Source: Styela clava (Eukaryota). Taken from it: a stretch of DNA of 64,000 nt. Made by a program: the position numbers and the translations under genes. Positions 38,220 through 52,271 of the stretch are shown here, one piece after another (positions within the stretch are counted from its first letter, which is position 1; the number at the start of each line of letters is the position of its first letter). The notes beneath the pieces are model-generated. The model saw nothing but the letters and a program-made list of their open reading frames with translations, was not told where the DNA came from and searched no databases. The stretch lies in assembly GCF_964204865.1 (NCBI RefSeq), contig NC_135252.1, forward strand, positions 5,332,001 to 5,396,000. Direction: 5' to 3'.

Positions 38220-39100
38220 TACTTTCAAGCGTTTAGCTTTTTTTGGCAGAAAAGTCGTCAATCAACTTTTCCGTTGCCACTTTCACCTCCCGATGAATTT
38301 GATGCAATGCTACCCCATTCAATCGATCCTCTTTATTGTATTCCTAAGATACGTCTTCAGCGTTCTTAGTTGAGAAAAGGATCTCTTAGTGGAGGCTGTA
38401 GAAACGAGCAGTATGGCGAGAATTTGCAACAGTTTTTTATATTGGGATAAAAATCCCCATCAGCTGCGTTGAATGCATCGAGCGCATTTTGTGGTAATCG
38501 TGTATTTATCGGATTTGTAATTCCCACTTTCGCTCCCACAAAACAAGCCCCGCCTTTGAAATAGGCCAAGAATCGAGAATGTCCCGATATTGTTTGAACA
38601 ATTCCGAGTCTTCTGTTAAAACAATTGCATCTTTGGGCATGTGAGCAGGGATTACGGTAAAACATTTTTCGAGTTTTTGAAAAGTATGGCTGTATCTTTC
38701 TGATAATTCATCTATCATTCTCCTCAAAAGAGTTTTGAAACTGTTTTCCCGTGTACTCGGTCAAAACGTTGGTGCGCTTCGGGCTTCCGCTGAAGAGTAT
38801 CATGACATCTTGCATATTTCTTAGGGCCCTTTTCAAAACAGCATCACTGCATGCGTGTGAGATGGCTGAATTTAAGCAACGCGAACTACAATGTGTGTAG
38901 CAAGCATTTGGATGAGCTTCCTGCACAATAGCCTGAAATTCTCTGAAGCTTCCGGACATATTCGCGGCGCCCCGTCCCACAAAATTTATAATCGTCGAAC
39001 GTCTTGTCATGTAATCAAATTTGGTCTGATCGTCGACACGAGTATCGGTATCTGGAAACGCGCCTATATCAAAAGGCAAAGTTATTGGAACGGCTCTCGT
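38220..39100 (-). mobile_element. hAT transposase pseudogene (ZMYM1/THAP12-like clade)
   Basis: GAANMSG..QAIVQEAHPNACYTHCSSRCLN..SPKR; C-terminal FYPNIKKLLQILAVLLVSTASTKRSFSQLRTLKTYLRNTIKEDRLNG (hAT dimerisation domain) across frameshifts. TIR-like CAGTGGCGCAGCCAGG at 37621. Confidence 0.85.
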
Positions 39101-42100
39101 GCAAGCTGACGTTTCTGCTGAAGTACAAGCATCTTCCTCCTGGCAAATTCTCTTAGAAGCCTATGCTTGACCGAAATTGATAATTGTTTTTCTTTCAATC
39201 GTTTGCTCATTGTATGAATATCTATAAGGCGAATGATTCCGCTACCAAAGTATCCAGCCCCGCGCATGCAGACAAATGTTAGTTGCGCGATAATTAAGAA
39301 CGTACGTAATTTATCAAAACGCCCGCGCCGTTTACGTTCACTGCCATCCTACGTTCAGTGACCTCGTTTAAATTTGGAACACGCTAATAGAACACATTGA
39401 ATTTTGCATCATGCCATATTGAAATGGTTATACCATAAGTTATTTACATTTAAAATTCGGGATTCACAGAAAATTTGCGAGTCCGTCGGCACTCATTCTT
39501 AGGGATTTGTTCAAAAAGAATTCTTTTAAATCGAGTTTTTTGCCTGTATTGTGCAAAATGGCTGTACTATTTGATTTTTTTTGTATTAAATAGGTTGAAG
39601 GAAAATGGATGTAAAAACTTGCCAAGCGCTTCTTATTTGCAATAAATCCTTCGAAACGATATCGATAAAGGTCCATCCATACACTCCTTCTCAAGCTGTA
39701 GTTTAGTGCGACCGCAACCGCGGTTGGCGCAGTAAGACGTAACCCATAAGCCATTACGTGAACGACCCTGCGACGAAACCACCTGCGAAAATTGAAATGT
39801 GATCTAATAAATTAGTTTGTATACCTTTGAAAAACTCTACCACTACAACCTTAAGAACAAAGTATGCTAAGCGTAAATTAACCGAACAGTATTAACAGTA
39901 ATAATGCCTTTATTTTCTGAGAAAAATGTCAATACATAAGCTCGAAATCCTTATTTTGGCGCCATACCAGATTAGTTGTAGCGTCTTTGCATCAGAGGAC
40001 ACTTACAATTAGCATAGTCTAGCTAGGCCAAGGGCCGGCAACCAACTTACCAAATGTTAAAAAAGTTCATGGACGCCATCTTGTGCCATATTTGGGAAAC
40101 GAGAAACAATGGAGTCTTATGGGAAATTTTCGTCGTGTTGATGTACCGAATCGAATTAGTCAGCTGTTATAAGGGCTAGAATGAAGCCGAAGAGTGGGTT
40201 TTGAACTTTGAGCTATACGCTACCTAAATATATAACGATATTAAGCATAAAAATTACCTAATGCGTTAAATTTGACCACAAACACAACGTATTATACAAC
40301 GCTTTGGTCTAGGCTGGCGCGTCTCATCGTTTAAATCAGTAGATTGCCGCCGATGTAGGTTTATTCTTCATTATCGTAACGCACTCGTTTTGCCGAAGGC
40401 TGCCCTTGATCCAATTAATTTTGTAGTTGGGCTCGTGAGCTGAGTTTCAAAATTTGTCTTACTCAAAACGTCTCTCTGGTATCTAGGATAAACATTCCGG
40501 TTACAATCTTATGACTTTGGTCCAGATACCACCGTGGCGATAAATGTACGCAATAGAAATGAAAGTCAAAATAATATTTTTACTTACATTTTTTAATTTA
40601 TAATTCCGGCTGCGTGTGCAGCTGTCAGAATGCAACGTTTTTTTAAATAATTTCGCGGCGATGCAAGGGGTATTTCAATAAAAACTACAAAAAAAAATTT
40701 GATTTAAAACAAGCCCTTGCACGCACGCAATGATTTTTATTCTTTCAAGTTTCCAAGCGAGCCTTAGTAAATGTACCGACGGGGCGGCACATATTTTTCC
40801 GGATCATCATTATATGTATTCGAAATTATCGATTTAAAGCATGTTTAACGAATTTATAATCCTATCTGAAAAAAAAATCACGATAGCTATAAAATTTACC
40901 AAGTAAAATCTTGAGATTTTTTTAGCAAGGGTAGGTAGCAAAGCGATAGAATCGGATAAATGACACAAAACAGCATAATATACCAGAAACATTCACGGTA
41001 ACCCTAACCACCGAATGAAAATCAGACATGATCGAACAATTTGTCATACATGTTTGCGCTAGCGAATTTCAGAATAGTAGGGCTAACATGGCGCGCGCTT
41101 ATAAATTAGGAAACTCATCGATTTACACGTACCGGCGTTGAAGTATAATGCAATTACAATGGCACGGCATTATGCAGTCATAAATTATACTTTCTATCAT
41201 CATATGAAACACGTTTTTATTAATTTACATTAAACCATTTGTGACGCGGAGTGCTCGATCAGCATAAAATATTGAAATATGTTTGGTATGTTGTGTGTTT
41301 ATGTGGTATTGTTTAGATGTCTGTTGTTTCCATGGATTTTTATACGCTATTTACTAGTTCTTGTTCGGTATGTTTTTTATTATCTGATATCTATATGGAC
41401 GTTTCAAATGTCTTGTCAAATGAAAAAATATATAATATATTTTCCGCAACCGATAAATCAATATGAGCTAAAAGTCCCACTTAACGAGTGCGGCGATTGT
41501 TAAAAAAGGGGTTGCTATCATGCCGCCAAAATTTATTTTTGTATATCACCCATATTGAAAGTTCTGACATCATAATAGAATGCCCAAAAGAAAATACGTT
41601 TCAACAATGTGCGATTATATTTTGTGTCGTTTTGCCAAACAGTTGAAATATTTTGGGAATCATGTACTTGATCTCATAGCGCTTTCCGCATTGCGAATCA
41701 TTTCGCGTATTTCTATAACAGCCATTTAGAGGGAGATTGTTTTCGGAAAACAAGACGTGGCGGTCTGTGGGCTATATTTGGGACACACTCTAAACTTGAT
41801 CGTTTACGACGCCATCAAATCAATAATAGATGTGACATGGATGTATTTTTCAATCTCTGTTCAGATGGTCGATGGATGGAATAAATTTTACCACTGCGCA
41901 TTGAAAGGCATCAAGTCTATATATGCGGGGAACATGTCATTAATTACTGTCAAACATGGCCCAAAAACAATTTAGCACTGAATAAATATTTTAATTCTAC
42001 CTAAAAATTCTGTACCTTCTAATGACCGACCAAGCTCCATGTAACATATCCTAAAAGAGCATCGTGAAGTTATTTCGAACCAAGTTTCATAAAATTTGAA

Positions 42101-43139
42101 TTTCGGGAACATTTCATATATTTCTGTCAAACATGGCCCAAACAAAAATTTTACAAAATTCATAAATATCGGTATTTCATACAAAAATTCTGTACTCTCC
42201 CTTAGCCCCCCCCCCCCCCTTTAGGTAAGATATACCAAAAGAATATATTATGAAGTCATTTTGAAGAATGAATTTTTTTTCATGTCGGGAACAGGTCATT
42301 TTTCAATTCAACATACTCGGGCATTGTTTTATGCTTGTTATAGGTAATAATAACTTAACGATTTTTGGTTAGCGTTCAGGTATGTCATTGCGTAATTGGC
42401 GGTCGACGTTCTTCTCGAAGAAGCCACTTCGAGCAACTTCTGCCTTTAGTATCTTTCAGATATGTAATTGTCATTAACATTTGTAATGGACAAGTGAAGG
42501 TAACATGAGAGGATCGCACATCACCCGCCGTGTAGCCAGGAAGATCTGCAAGAGGTAAGCAAAACGCATACGACCGCACCGTCTCCATATTTTCTTACCA
42601 TCGGATAGCAATACCCAAAACAGTACATTTGCGAAGGTGGTCTTAATTTATTTGATTCTAGTCATGATATGTACAGGGGAGCAGAAAGGGCAAAAAGTTT
42701 TAATCGAAAAATGTTTCAATAAAATAATTTCAATATAGAAATAGCTGAAACTCGTATATTTACTCAAATAATAACGCAAAGTATCTCAATCCATTATATA
42801 ACGTTATAATTCCACCTAAACGAAACTGTTCAATTAATACGGTACTGGAATAACTGTAATAACCTTATTTTTCAACGTGCTATATTTGAGAAAAAGGAAG
42901 TGGGACTGTAGAAGAAAAAGTCGAAAGCGGGCAGTAAAGGATGCTAAAAAATTGAATAAGTTCTTTGTGCTTTTTTTTAAGAGATGTTCCTCGGTTACAC
43001 CGCTGTTACACGATTTGAAAAGTGCAAAGTGATCAATTCTATTAAGAACCTAAAGAAGTTGACCAATCTAAGCAAGAGAATGAGGAAATTGGCCAATCCG
43101 AAAAATAAATTGAAAAAGTTCTGATCACCAACAAAGAAC

Positions 43140-43450
43140 TTGAATCTGATGTACCGGAGCATTGATGTATTGTGGCTTGAAGATATTTTTAAATTAATAG
43201 TTGAATATGGGGATGAAAGTGTCTTTCTCAATCTCAGGATGGCTGTGCAAATGCTGCTGACAGTGACAGTATCTATAGCAAGTTGCGAGCATTTTGATGA
43301 ACTAAAACTAATTTTGTCGCAACTTCGAACGTAAACGAGTCAAGAAAGGTTGTGTGATCCAGCTTTATCAAATATATAGAAAACCATGAAACAAAGAAAA
43401 CAAGTTTTGATGGAACCATTACTTCAAGAAAAGCACGGAAAGCGCGTTGT
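43140..43450 (+). mobile_element. hAT transposase C-terminal remnant
   Basis: SVFLNLRMAVQMLLTVTVSIASCE..LKLILSQLRT*TSQERL matches the hAT dimerisation consensus. Confidence 0.75.
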
Positions 43451-44150
43451 AAAATGCTGTTATTGATCGAACGCCTAAAGTTTTTGTTGTATGTATATTG
43501 TTTAGTGTCGTTATTAAATTGCATTGCTTGTTATATAATTATTTTGTGTGGTTATGGGTATATAGTTTGTTGCAGCGGTTTATGACAGACTAATGTCGTA
43601 CCCTGCATTGCAAACTGTGCGATCTTTACCATACGCTGTCTCTCCGTCTCCCTTTCGTTATAAGAAGTAGAATTAGATGAAATAAACAAGGCGAAAAATA
43701 TACTTCTTATTTTTCTAGATTCAGAGTAACGATCAAATTAAACTTTTCAAAAAATTGGAGACAGATGATATACAATCCTTACAAATATTAGTAATATACA
43801 AGCGCAACAAAACATTTTATAAAAAGTTATACACCAAAAAAAAAATGAGTGAGTAAATGCAAAATACTTTATTCATTTATATTAAAACCATATTGGAACA
43901 TAAAAAAAAATAATTTAGAATCTTGTGAAAGTGAACAAGAATTAGAAAATTCAAATTCAAAAGTTTAAAACTAAATAGACTAAAGTGCCTAACCTAAAAA
44001 TTTTATCTATTATGTTAGAGTGAGGTGCCATTTTACTTGTTGTATATAGCAGATGTATAGCTTATTACCGTATTGTATAGAAAAAGTAAAAATTAACCAA
44101 TCGGAGACCAATTACACTACATAATTTGTATCATACAATATTTTACCAGG

Positions 44151-44495
44151 ACTTCCTAAACTAATTCATCCTGAACAAGCTGGGTTTGTGTATGGCAGAA
44201 ATCACGAAAATCCAATAATAATTCGAGATGATATTTCCCATGCAAACTATTCTAAAACCGATCTCCGATTGTTCTCAATATACGAGTAATGAGAAAAGGG
44301 TTATGATAGCGTGGATAGGAAAGTTTTTTCAAAGTTTCAAAGAAGTTTAATATTGTGCCATATATCTGGATATCTATCATAGGACTAATTTATACGAATA
44401 CAAAGTCAAGGAACAGAATCAGTGGTTATATTGGTAAGGAATTTATAGATGAAGAAGTTTAAGGCAAGGATGTATACCATCTCCGATACTGTACT
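44151..44495 (+). mobile_element. Non-LTR retrotransposon (L1/Tx1-like) RT remnant
   Basis: LPKLIHPEQAGFVYGR, EKGYDSVD, and a degenerate RQGC.PSP motif; stops and frameshifts. Confidence 0.7.
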
Positions 44496-44735
44496 TTATA
44501 TATATACCGGTATATATATTTACTGATGAAGTATTTTCATGTAATATTATAGTATACAATATACATACTCCAAAGATTAGATGTTTCATAGATATAGAAA
44601 TGAGGAGTAGATATATAAGGGATGGTGCATTGTTAACTCTTAGAAATTATTATACGCTATGTGTAAATAGGAATATCATTGCACATTTGAAAACGCAACA
44701 GGTAGCCTACCTACCTATAATTAATAGATATAGTA

Positions 44736-46625
44736 CGGTAGGGGAGAACGGACATGCTGGGTAATACGGACACCTTTTTTCGATTTTGTTACGTAACCAA
44801 GGGAAATTTCGCTCGAGCGAATGAATACACCGCCATTGTCGCAAATCTTGTCAGACTGTGGGTGATTTTTTGAAGGGATCGATTTCGGAGCGACAACAAA
44901 GTTGGTATTTACTGTTATACTGACTTCCAATCACAATTGTGCGACCCAAACAAATAAAAGGTAATAGACAATCTCTAGTTTTTGAGATGTTAAAGGCGTT
45001 TTAATAATATGAACTTGGTGACGATAAAGAGGTGATTTTTTTAATTTTCATTGTATGCTCTTTGGTTAAGCAATTTTAAAACAAAAATTAGTCGGATTTG
45101 TACGCTACGTGAGAGGTGTTTATTTGGCATATATGTTGTTTCATTTCAGTCTTCCAGTTAAAAACAATATGCTTTCTTGTTTTTGTGTCCATTTCACCCC
45201 AAAAGCGACACTGTCCCAGTTTTCGAATAATTGCTCTGTTGTTTCTATGTTATTCAATATTGTATGTTATAAACCCAATTCTTTTTCTATATCTGCTGCT
45301 GTAATTCAGAATATAGGTGTCGCGATAGTCTTACGCGACTTCTCGTCAATTGCGAAACATTGTGTGTATGTGATTGGTTTTTTAATTTATTAATATTACT
45401 ATTTGTTGACAATGTTTCATGCATAACGAATAATATATCTAAATATACCATGAAAATGGAAGAGAACTAGTAATAGATGTGATTGGGAAGAAGAAAACAT
45501 ATAAAGGGACATTGAGATTGTACATAGTGGAGGAAAACTCCTGACTGCAGCACATACATATTCTGTTCCAAGGGCGACTCTTCGTCGGCATGTTTCTCGA
45601 AATCTAAAGAAGACCCCGGGATCACGGAGTCTTGGTTGTTCTCCTACCTTGGGCCAGAACGAAACGGATCTTTTGCATCATATACTCGAATTTGAAAAAC
45701 CGTTAAAAGCATTCGAGAGGTTGGCTTATGAATTTGCATTCGGAAACAAAATTCCCGATAAATTTTCAGAATATACAAAAAAGACTGACGAATTGGCTTT
45801 CGTGAACAATACGGAAACTTGATTACTATACGAAAGCCCCAGCCTCTGTCAATCCAAAGAGCAATTCATTTAAACAACCCCACAGTCAATAAATACTTTG
45901 ATCTACTGGAAGCAGTGATGGAAGAAAATTCACTGTTCAATTCGCCAGCACAGTTCTACAATGTAGATGAAACTGGATTAAGCCTTGTACCAGATGTAAA
46001 GAATATTGTTGGTTCGAATTCTAGCCAAGTGGCGAACGAGGACAAATATAGACTGTTATATTTGCTATTAATGCAAGAAATTATGTTCAACCAATGATAA
46101 TTTATAAGGGTAAACGAGCAAATCCTGCCTTGAAAAAAGGACTTCCACAATCTTCCAAGGTATGCTACAGTGAATCTGGCTACATGAACAAAGAGTTGTT
46201 GTTTAAATGAATAATGCATTCTTGCAGACACGTCCGTTCCAGCTCTGTAAAAGTACTTCTTATACTGGATGGGCATAGATCACACAAACGCAGTGACAAA
46301 GTTCTTCAATACGCTTGTGCTAATTATGTGGAAATTGTCAGCCCGCCCCCGCACACCAGCCCGCCTCCGCGCACCAGCCACTTGACAAAGTTCACTACGG
46401 CCCACTAAAGGATCATTACAGGGACTGGAAGCTGTCAGAATGCACTTGCGTAACAATCCTGAAACTGGAGTATATATCAAGAATAGATTTACCTCATTTA
46501 TTCACAAAGGCATATATGAAGATTTGTACACTACAAAATGATGTGATTTCTTTTAGATCCGCTGGAATTTTATCATTAGATAGAGAAGCTATTCCAGGCC
46601 ATGCATTCGTTCCAGCAAAGACTAT
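44736..46625 (+). mobile_element. pogo/Tigger-like (CENP-B HTH plus DDE_1) DNA transposon, decayed
   Basis: TA-CGGTAGGGGAG terminus at 44734; psq-type HTH AAHTYSVPRATLRRH; IRKPQPLSIQRA; FYNVDETG; VLLILDGHRSH; PPHTS. Confidence 0.85.
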
Positions 46626-46664
46626 ATTTATACTTTGAATTATGCTTTCACTGTAAGCACTCTA

Positions 46665-47590
46665 CTATATATCCATTTTTAATCTAGTAATTGGTAAGCG
46701 TCGTTCCTTAGTAAAAACTGTGTTCGATTTTGGAATCGTGAAACCCCACTGTTTGAACCACGTACTAATCACGTATAAAGATGCTTGGATTGAAGCTTCT
46801 ACTTCTTTGTTTGCAGGCCCGATTCTCAGACTGGTCCGTCGTCTGCAAACAACATACATGCTATAGACTTTCTGTCAGTTGGCAAGACGTTAATCATTAA
46901 TGAAAATAAAATGGGACTAATTACATTGTCTTGCACTATTCCGATTTCCTAATTAAATATTCCTGATGAAGTGAATCCGATACGAACCTGAAAAGTTCTT
47001 TGTCGGAGGAATGATTTCATCCGCATGAGTATACGTACTAGAATTCCGCGTGTGTGCAATTTTGGGTCCAGCACGACATACCATATCGTGAGCGCGTTGG
47101 ATATCTGAAAAGCGGTTATGACGTGTCTTCTATGAACTTCATCGTGCAAATATTAGTTGTCAATTGTAGATCTTCCACGACGAAAACCGACCTGAGCATC
47201 ACCTAATGTATATATTAGTTTTTTGGTAAAAACCATTTCAGTCTTTTTGCTATCATAGTTTTTTATAATTTTACGAAGATGACGGTTTGAAGTTATAGAT
47301 ATATTATATATCTATAATATAGATATATATAAGACTTTGACGGGGTAGTCGGTTTATTTAATTTAATTATTTGTATTATAGTAAAATGCAGACATTCGCT
47401 TGAAACCAAGTTGCACAAGATTTATTGAAAATGGTCAGAAGTGTTTTCATCGAAATATCCGGGAGATATTTGATCATATCATAACATATTCCATTTTCAC
47501 CAGAAGACGTATTCTTCTCCGAGGACAACGCTTTTAACTTTTCCATAGATAAATTTGTAGTAAATTCGCTGGAAAAGATACTTCCCATTG
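46665..47590 (-). mobile_element. Non-LTR retrotransposon RT remnant (I/Nimb/Jockey-like)
   Basis: SSGENGICYDMIKYLP, QVGFRRGRSTID, SFLRQRTFQVRIG, ISPILFSLMIN, LFADD, WFKQWGF in order on the minus strand. Confidence 0.8.
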
Positions 47591-48484
47591 GAATAGAAAT
47601 AGACGTGTTCCTGAAATAAATACTTGGTGGTAGTTTTCATTACTACTAACATTGTTTACCGACCCTAGCGATGTCTGATTTTGGCTATTTTATCAATTTG
47701 CATAAGTCGTGAGATGATAATATGGCCAACGTATCAGTCAAAAGCGAACAACAACGACCACATATTATATCGCCTTAAAGTATTTTGCGTGGCGATCTCA
47801 ATATCATCGCGTGGCCTGGCTCCATAGTACCCGAGCTATAACCTACACGTGAATAAAACTAAAGGGAGTAACTAATTTTGTTTGCCTACTTTTCATCAAG
47901 TTGTGTGAAAGGACTGTAACCTGTGAGCAGGGACTCTGACTAATACAAACAGTACCCGAACTCGTAATTGAACTAAAATAAGGCAAATCGGAATAAAATT
48001 ATGGCCTAACCCCAACCTGGTAAGCACACTACGATAGTAGTGTTAGTGTAAGACTCAGGTGAATGTTTCCCGTGGAGGTTATTGCGTGTTAATGATATCA
48101 GGCAAAAACAATTGCTTCCACTTATATATATTGTGTAATCGCATAAACAACCAAACTTTCTTAAGAACGAGATCCACATCAGGCTCTAAATTCCCAACTT
48201 GAATATAATCGTATTTGAATATCCAGAAAGTATCACGTATATATCCATATGCGGAGCACTGAGTACTACAATAGACGGAAAACAGCCCAAAACCAGATGC
48301 AACACGAAGAAAATTTGGAAGCATAAAAGCCAAAAAGGCGGTGATCAAATGGTCCCGCGCTGAGACAACGCAAAACGAGAGAGAAGATCGTTGCATATAT
48401 TTCCAGTTCAGTGATTTAAAATCGTTTTTCACTTGGTAATTTCACACGCACTTTAATCTAATGGACGTTTCCCCGACCTTTAAC

Positions 48485-48646
48485 CAGTGGTGGGATTCAG
48501 CCGGTTCTATAGAACCGTCTCACGGAATTTTATGAGATTAGCAAACCGGTTAGCATTACGGCAAAAAAAAAAATGGAACAGAACCGCCCGAAAAATATGA
48601 CTTTTGTGATGGAAACGGATGACAAAAAATTCAAATCCCACCAATG
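48485..48646. mobile_element. hAT-type MITE
   Basis: TIRs CAGTGGTGGGATT / AATCCCACCAATG; TSD CCTTTAAC/CCTTTATC. Confidence 0.75.
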
Positions 48647-49717
48647 CCTTTATCCCCCGGAAAATTCTTCCTATGCTTTACCATTGCAAAATTTTTGGTG
48701 CTCATTTTATGAGTGGTTTCGCGAGTTGGCACATATGCACTGAGGAATATGTTTTAAACCATCGTTTTGATTGAAACCACTCAATAATCTGTTTTTTAAA
48801 TGTAGCGGTAGAGAATTTTAGCCTAGTCCATCACAGCTATTTCTACACTAAATTTCGATTACTGCAATTAAACTAAAACTCCTGAGACTGTAATAATACA
48901 AAATGATTATTGTATTGAAAGATTTGATTCATACTTCTGTACCTAAATTTTCCAAACACAACTAAAAACTAACAAATAGAATTAAAAGATGCGAAAAACG
49001 GGGCAACGTTTACAACCACGCCTTGATGCGAAAAGGCCTATTGTTACGTCACTTTTTGCATGTTGCTGGTTGGCCAATGTTCCGAAGTAAATAAGGACAG
49101 TAAGGGAGTAGATACTCGGGGAAACATCCATTAGCCAATTTTTCTGAGACGATCGTAAAATAGAAAATATATTTTTGACATAAATAGTCCCAATGACCAG
49201 CTTACATGCAGTGTAAAAAAAACTTAATTGAATACCACAGTCTGACAGTACCGGTACCATGCTACCGGTACCGGTATGTGGTTCTTGAGAGCATAAAGTT
49301 GTTTGCTTTTTGCATGTACCACATGCACTTCTAGTTGGCCTGGCAGTGGCGCAATAAAGACCTCCAAAGTCGTCCAAAACGCGTAGACGATCACCCATAA
49401 TCTAGCAAGCTATTTCTCTTGTTTTCTCGTCGCGACCAAAGTGATCCCGATATGAGAGAGACCACTGGCGTTAGTGAGTTCGTTATCGACGGCGCAGATG
49501 CTGTTTTGGGCGATCTTAGTTATAATTTGACAAGCTTTATAACGTGATTGTGACGTCGTAATGACGTAATTTTTGGATGACATAGTCAGGTGATGGTTAG
49601 GAATACGGTAACATATGCAAAATTCGTTACGCTACGACCACCGGAAGTACTTGTGGTACTAAACTATACTAGACTCCGTATGCCGGCTTGCAGGTCTGTT
49701 GTAGTGCTGAATGTATC

Positions 49718-50141
49718 TAGGGTTGCCAACCGTCCTTTATTTCAAAGGACAATCCTTTAATTACTGAATTAAGCTTTTCGGTCCTTGTCCTTTTTAGCAT
49801 TTAGAAAAGATGCTGATTGTCCTTTATTCTTTCCAACGTCGTTTTGCCCGGAGGAGTAAAAATCGCCTCCGTTTATGTATTTGCAAGCTTTGAATTATTC
49901 TTTTTAATTTCGCTTTAGTCCGGCTCAAATAGCCAAATAAATAACAATTTTATTAACATTGTTTGGGCCAATGTTAAATACACATTAAATGAAAAACACA
50001 TGAAGATTGCTTCAATATATCTTTTTAGCTTGTATATAATTCTTATTTCATTGTTTATATTGTACTTTCCTGCAAGTTACAAAATAAATGATGACGATAA
50101 TTTATGTCCTTTATTGAAACTTTTCATAGTTGGCAACCCTA
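49718..50141. mobile_element. hAT-type MITE
   Basis: Perfect TIRs TAGGGTTGCCAAC / GTTGGCAACCCTA; perfect 8-bp TSD AATGTATC; internal GTCCTTT repeats. Confidence 0.92.
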
Positions 50142-51802
50142 AATGTATCCCTTTTTTATGAGATCAGGAGATTGACTCAACCCAGCGAACTTTTTTGAAG
50201 TTACCACCTTCAGACATTGTGACACTGTTAGTGTTTTTCCCATTGTACTGTATTATTTAGGAGGCGCATGTTCACAAGCACTTACGTGGTAATTCGTAAA
50301 GGTTAGCACTTCATCAGTTACTTTTTTTCTGTTACTTTGCATATGTCTTAATTAACTGTTATGAAACTTTGAGGAAATTCAGAAATTATCTGTTAGCTCT
50401 CAATGAACCCTTATTTTTGCAAACAACTCCACTGTCAGACTATACTCCTATAAGCTTTGTCAGCTTTTATAACAGTGAAATCAATCAATCATTTTGGTTC
50501 TCTGACATAAACAATACAAAAAGTAAACAGACAAACAAAATGCAGAGATACTTTGGAGACGGGCATAACTTGAAAAAAGTTAAAAAGTGTACAATGTACA
50601 TGCCCGCCCAGCAAAAAAGAATAGAACAACCACAGAAAAACGTGATTTACAATCGGGCAGTACTTTAAAAGCAAGTTAACAAAAACAGCAAATTGAAGTG
50701 AATAATTGAATGTAATAAACTTCTACCTTTTAAATTGAAATGTGCGACGTGTATGGGCTATGGGTGCCATGCCAAGTGACACTACAGGACAATTCCCAGA
50801 AATTTTGCACGTTGTTAGATGCAATATATTTTTACATTTTCAGCTACATGTTTTTGTTTCATTGTCCAATCAATTGCTTCATTGAATACTGGAATATGGA
50901 AAAAATTGCACAAAAGTTACACACGAGACTTACTAAAAAATACAGTAAAATATAGCGTGACACTAGAGGACGGAAAATCCACCATGGATTAACGTTACAT
51001 TGTGTTGTGCTGTAAATTTTTGTGATGGCACGGCAGGAGCCCATAATATTTTCTGGTGCAGTAGCTGAAGGACCCCCCTATGTGTTGCTCAAGTTACTTA
51101 ATGTAACACTGTAAATCTATGCCAATAATGTTCATCTTGTATGTGACACTGCAGGACGTGACATTACAAGACATTTTTCCACTTTGGAACAGCGGCCTCT
51201 ATCATCTCTTAAAATCCTGGTAATAAATCGTTAAATGGGTGAGAAAAAGCCCTAGAGCACTGCAATCATTTAAACTTTGTTAACTTAAATCCAGTGCGTC
51301 TATTTCATATGAAATAACTGTATCACACAAACACTTTGTGTCAGGAATCATCACGAAATATGTCAATTATACCAGAATTTCTACATTTCAGGCCATTATT
51401 TTTATAAACTATCAAAAACCTGGGTGAAATTTCAACTTTTTCGGTGAAATGGATGCAGTCCATGAATTTCTAATGTTTTTTGATATAAAAAAATTCAAAA
51501 AAATTACTTTCACTAAACTTTAGAAAAATTTGATGAAATTCAACTTTTGCTTGGAATGGCCCGTATGTGTAACACAACAGTGCTTTTCCTACGAAAAACA
51601 TGGAACAAAAAACACTTCCTGATGCAAAATGGTGGTGCTGTAGGCCTAGGTCAATTTCATTGCAAAAACAACACAGTGACAAAAAATTGTTCCTAAAAAA
51701 ACAAGCTTGGTAAATAGATTGAATGTTCCATAGCAGTCTATGCACAAGTCATGGATTGGGGAATCGGGTTCTTTTGTCGTTTTCGATTAGTTCAATTTAA
51801 AA

Positions 51803-52004
51803 TCATTGTATCCGTTCCAATGCATCCAACGTCAATATCAAATTTCCACGAACGACCACTACTCCAAAAGGTGCAGTGGTCCCATCTTTTCTGCGCTCCC
51901 TTCCATCATCAACAACCAGTTTCATAAAAGGATCGAAACCTCGCAATATACCCGTAACAGATCGTCCACCATTTAACTTTAAATCCAATCTTTTATTCAT
52001 AAAT
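51803..52004 (-). pseudogene. SNRPG: SmG (SNRPG)-like copy, N-terminally truncated and degenerate
   Basis: [48 protein letters not shown] is clearly SmG, but no MSKAHPPELKK exon was found. The expected acceptor reads TG rather than AG, and the conserved Sm1 Asn (FMN) is Lys. Confidence 0.65.
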
Positions 52005-52271
52005 CATGGCATTGTTCTGATATTGTTTGCTTGCAGAAATATTTTTCCATTTCTATTTGCTTCACAAAATTATTGTTAAATAATGAAATAAACAGTACAC
52101 TATATTTTAGTATTTTGGCATATTCCAAGTATTCACTCTTACAATAGTCTGATAGTGGTACCGCCTTTATATCCAGATATATTATACAAGTAGATCTGGA
52201 GAATGTATTTAATCATTCCTTACTTGTTTAGTTAGCAAAATATTTTTTTAGTAATTAGAAAATAGATAATC

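Noticed and set aside
41740-42200. GHTLNLIVYDA hAT-like peptide and a two-copy ~178-bp repeat
   Set aside because: A single short motif and a degenerate repeat; insufficient to define an element.
51103-51125. TAACACTG (miR-141/200a-like seed)
   Set aside because: The rest of the mature sequence does not match and there is no convincing precursor.
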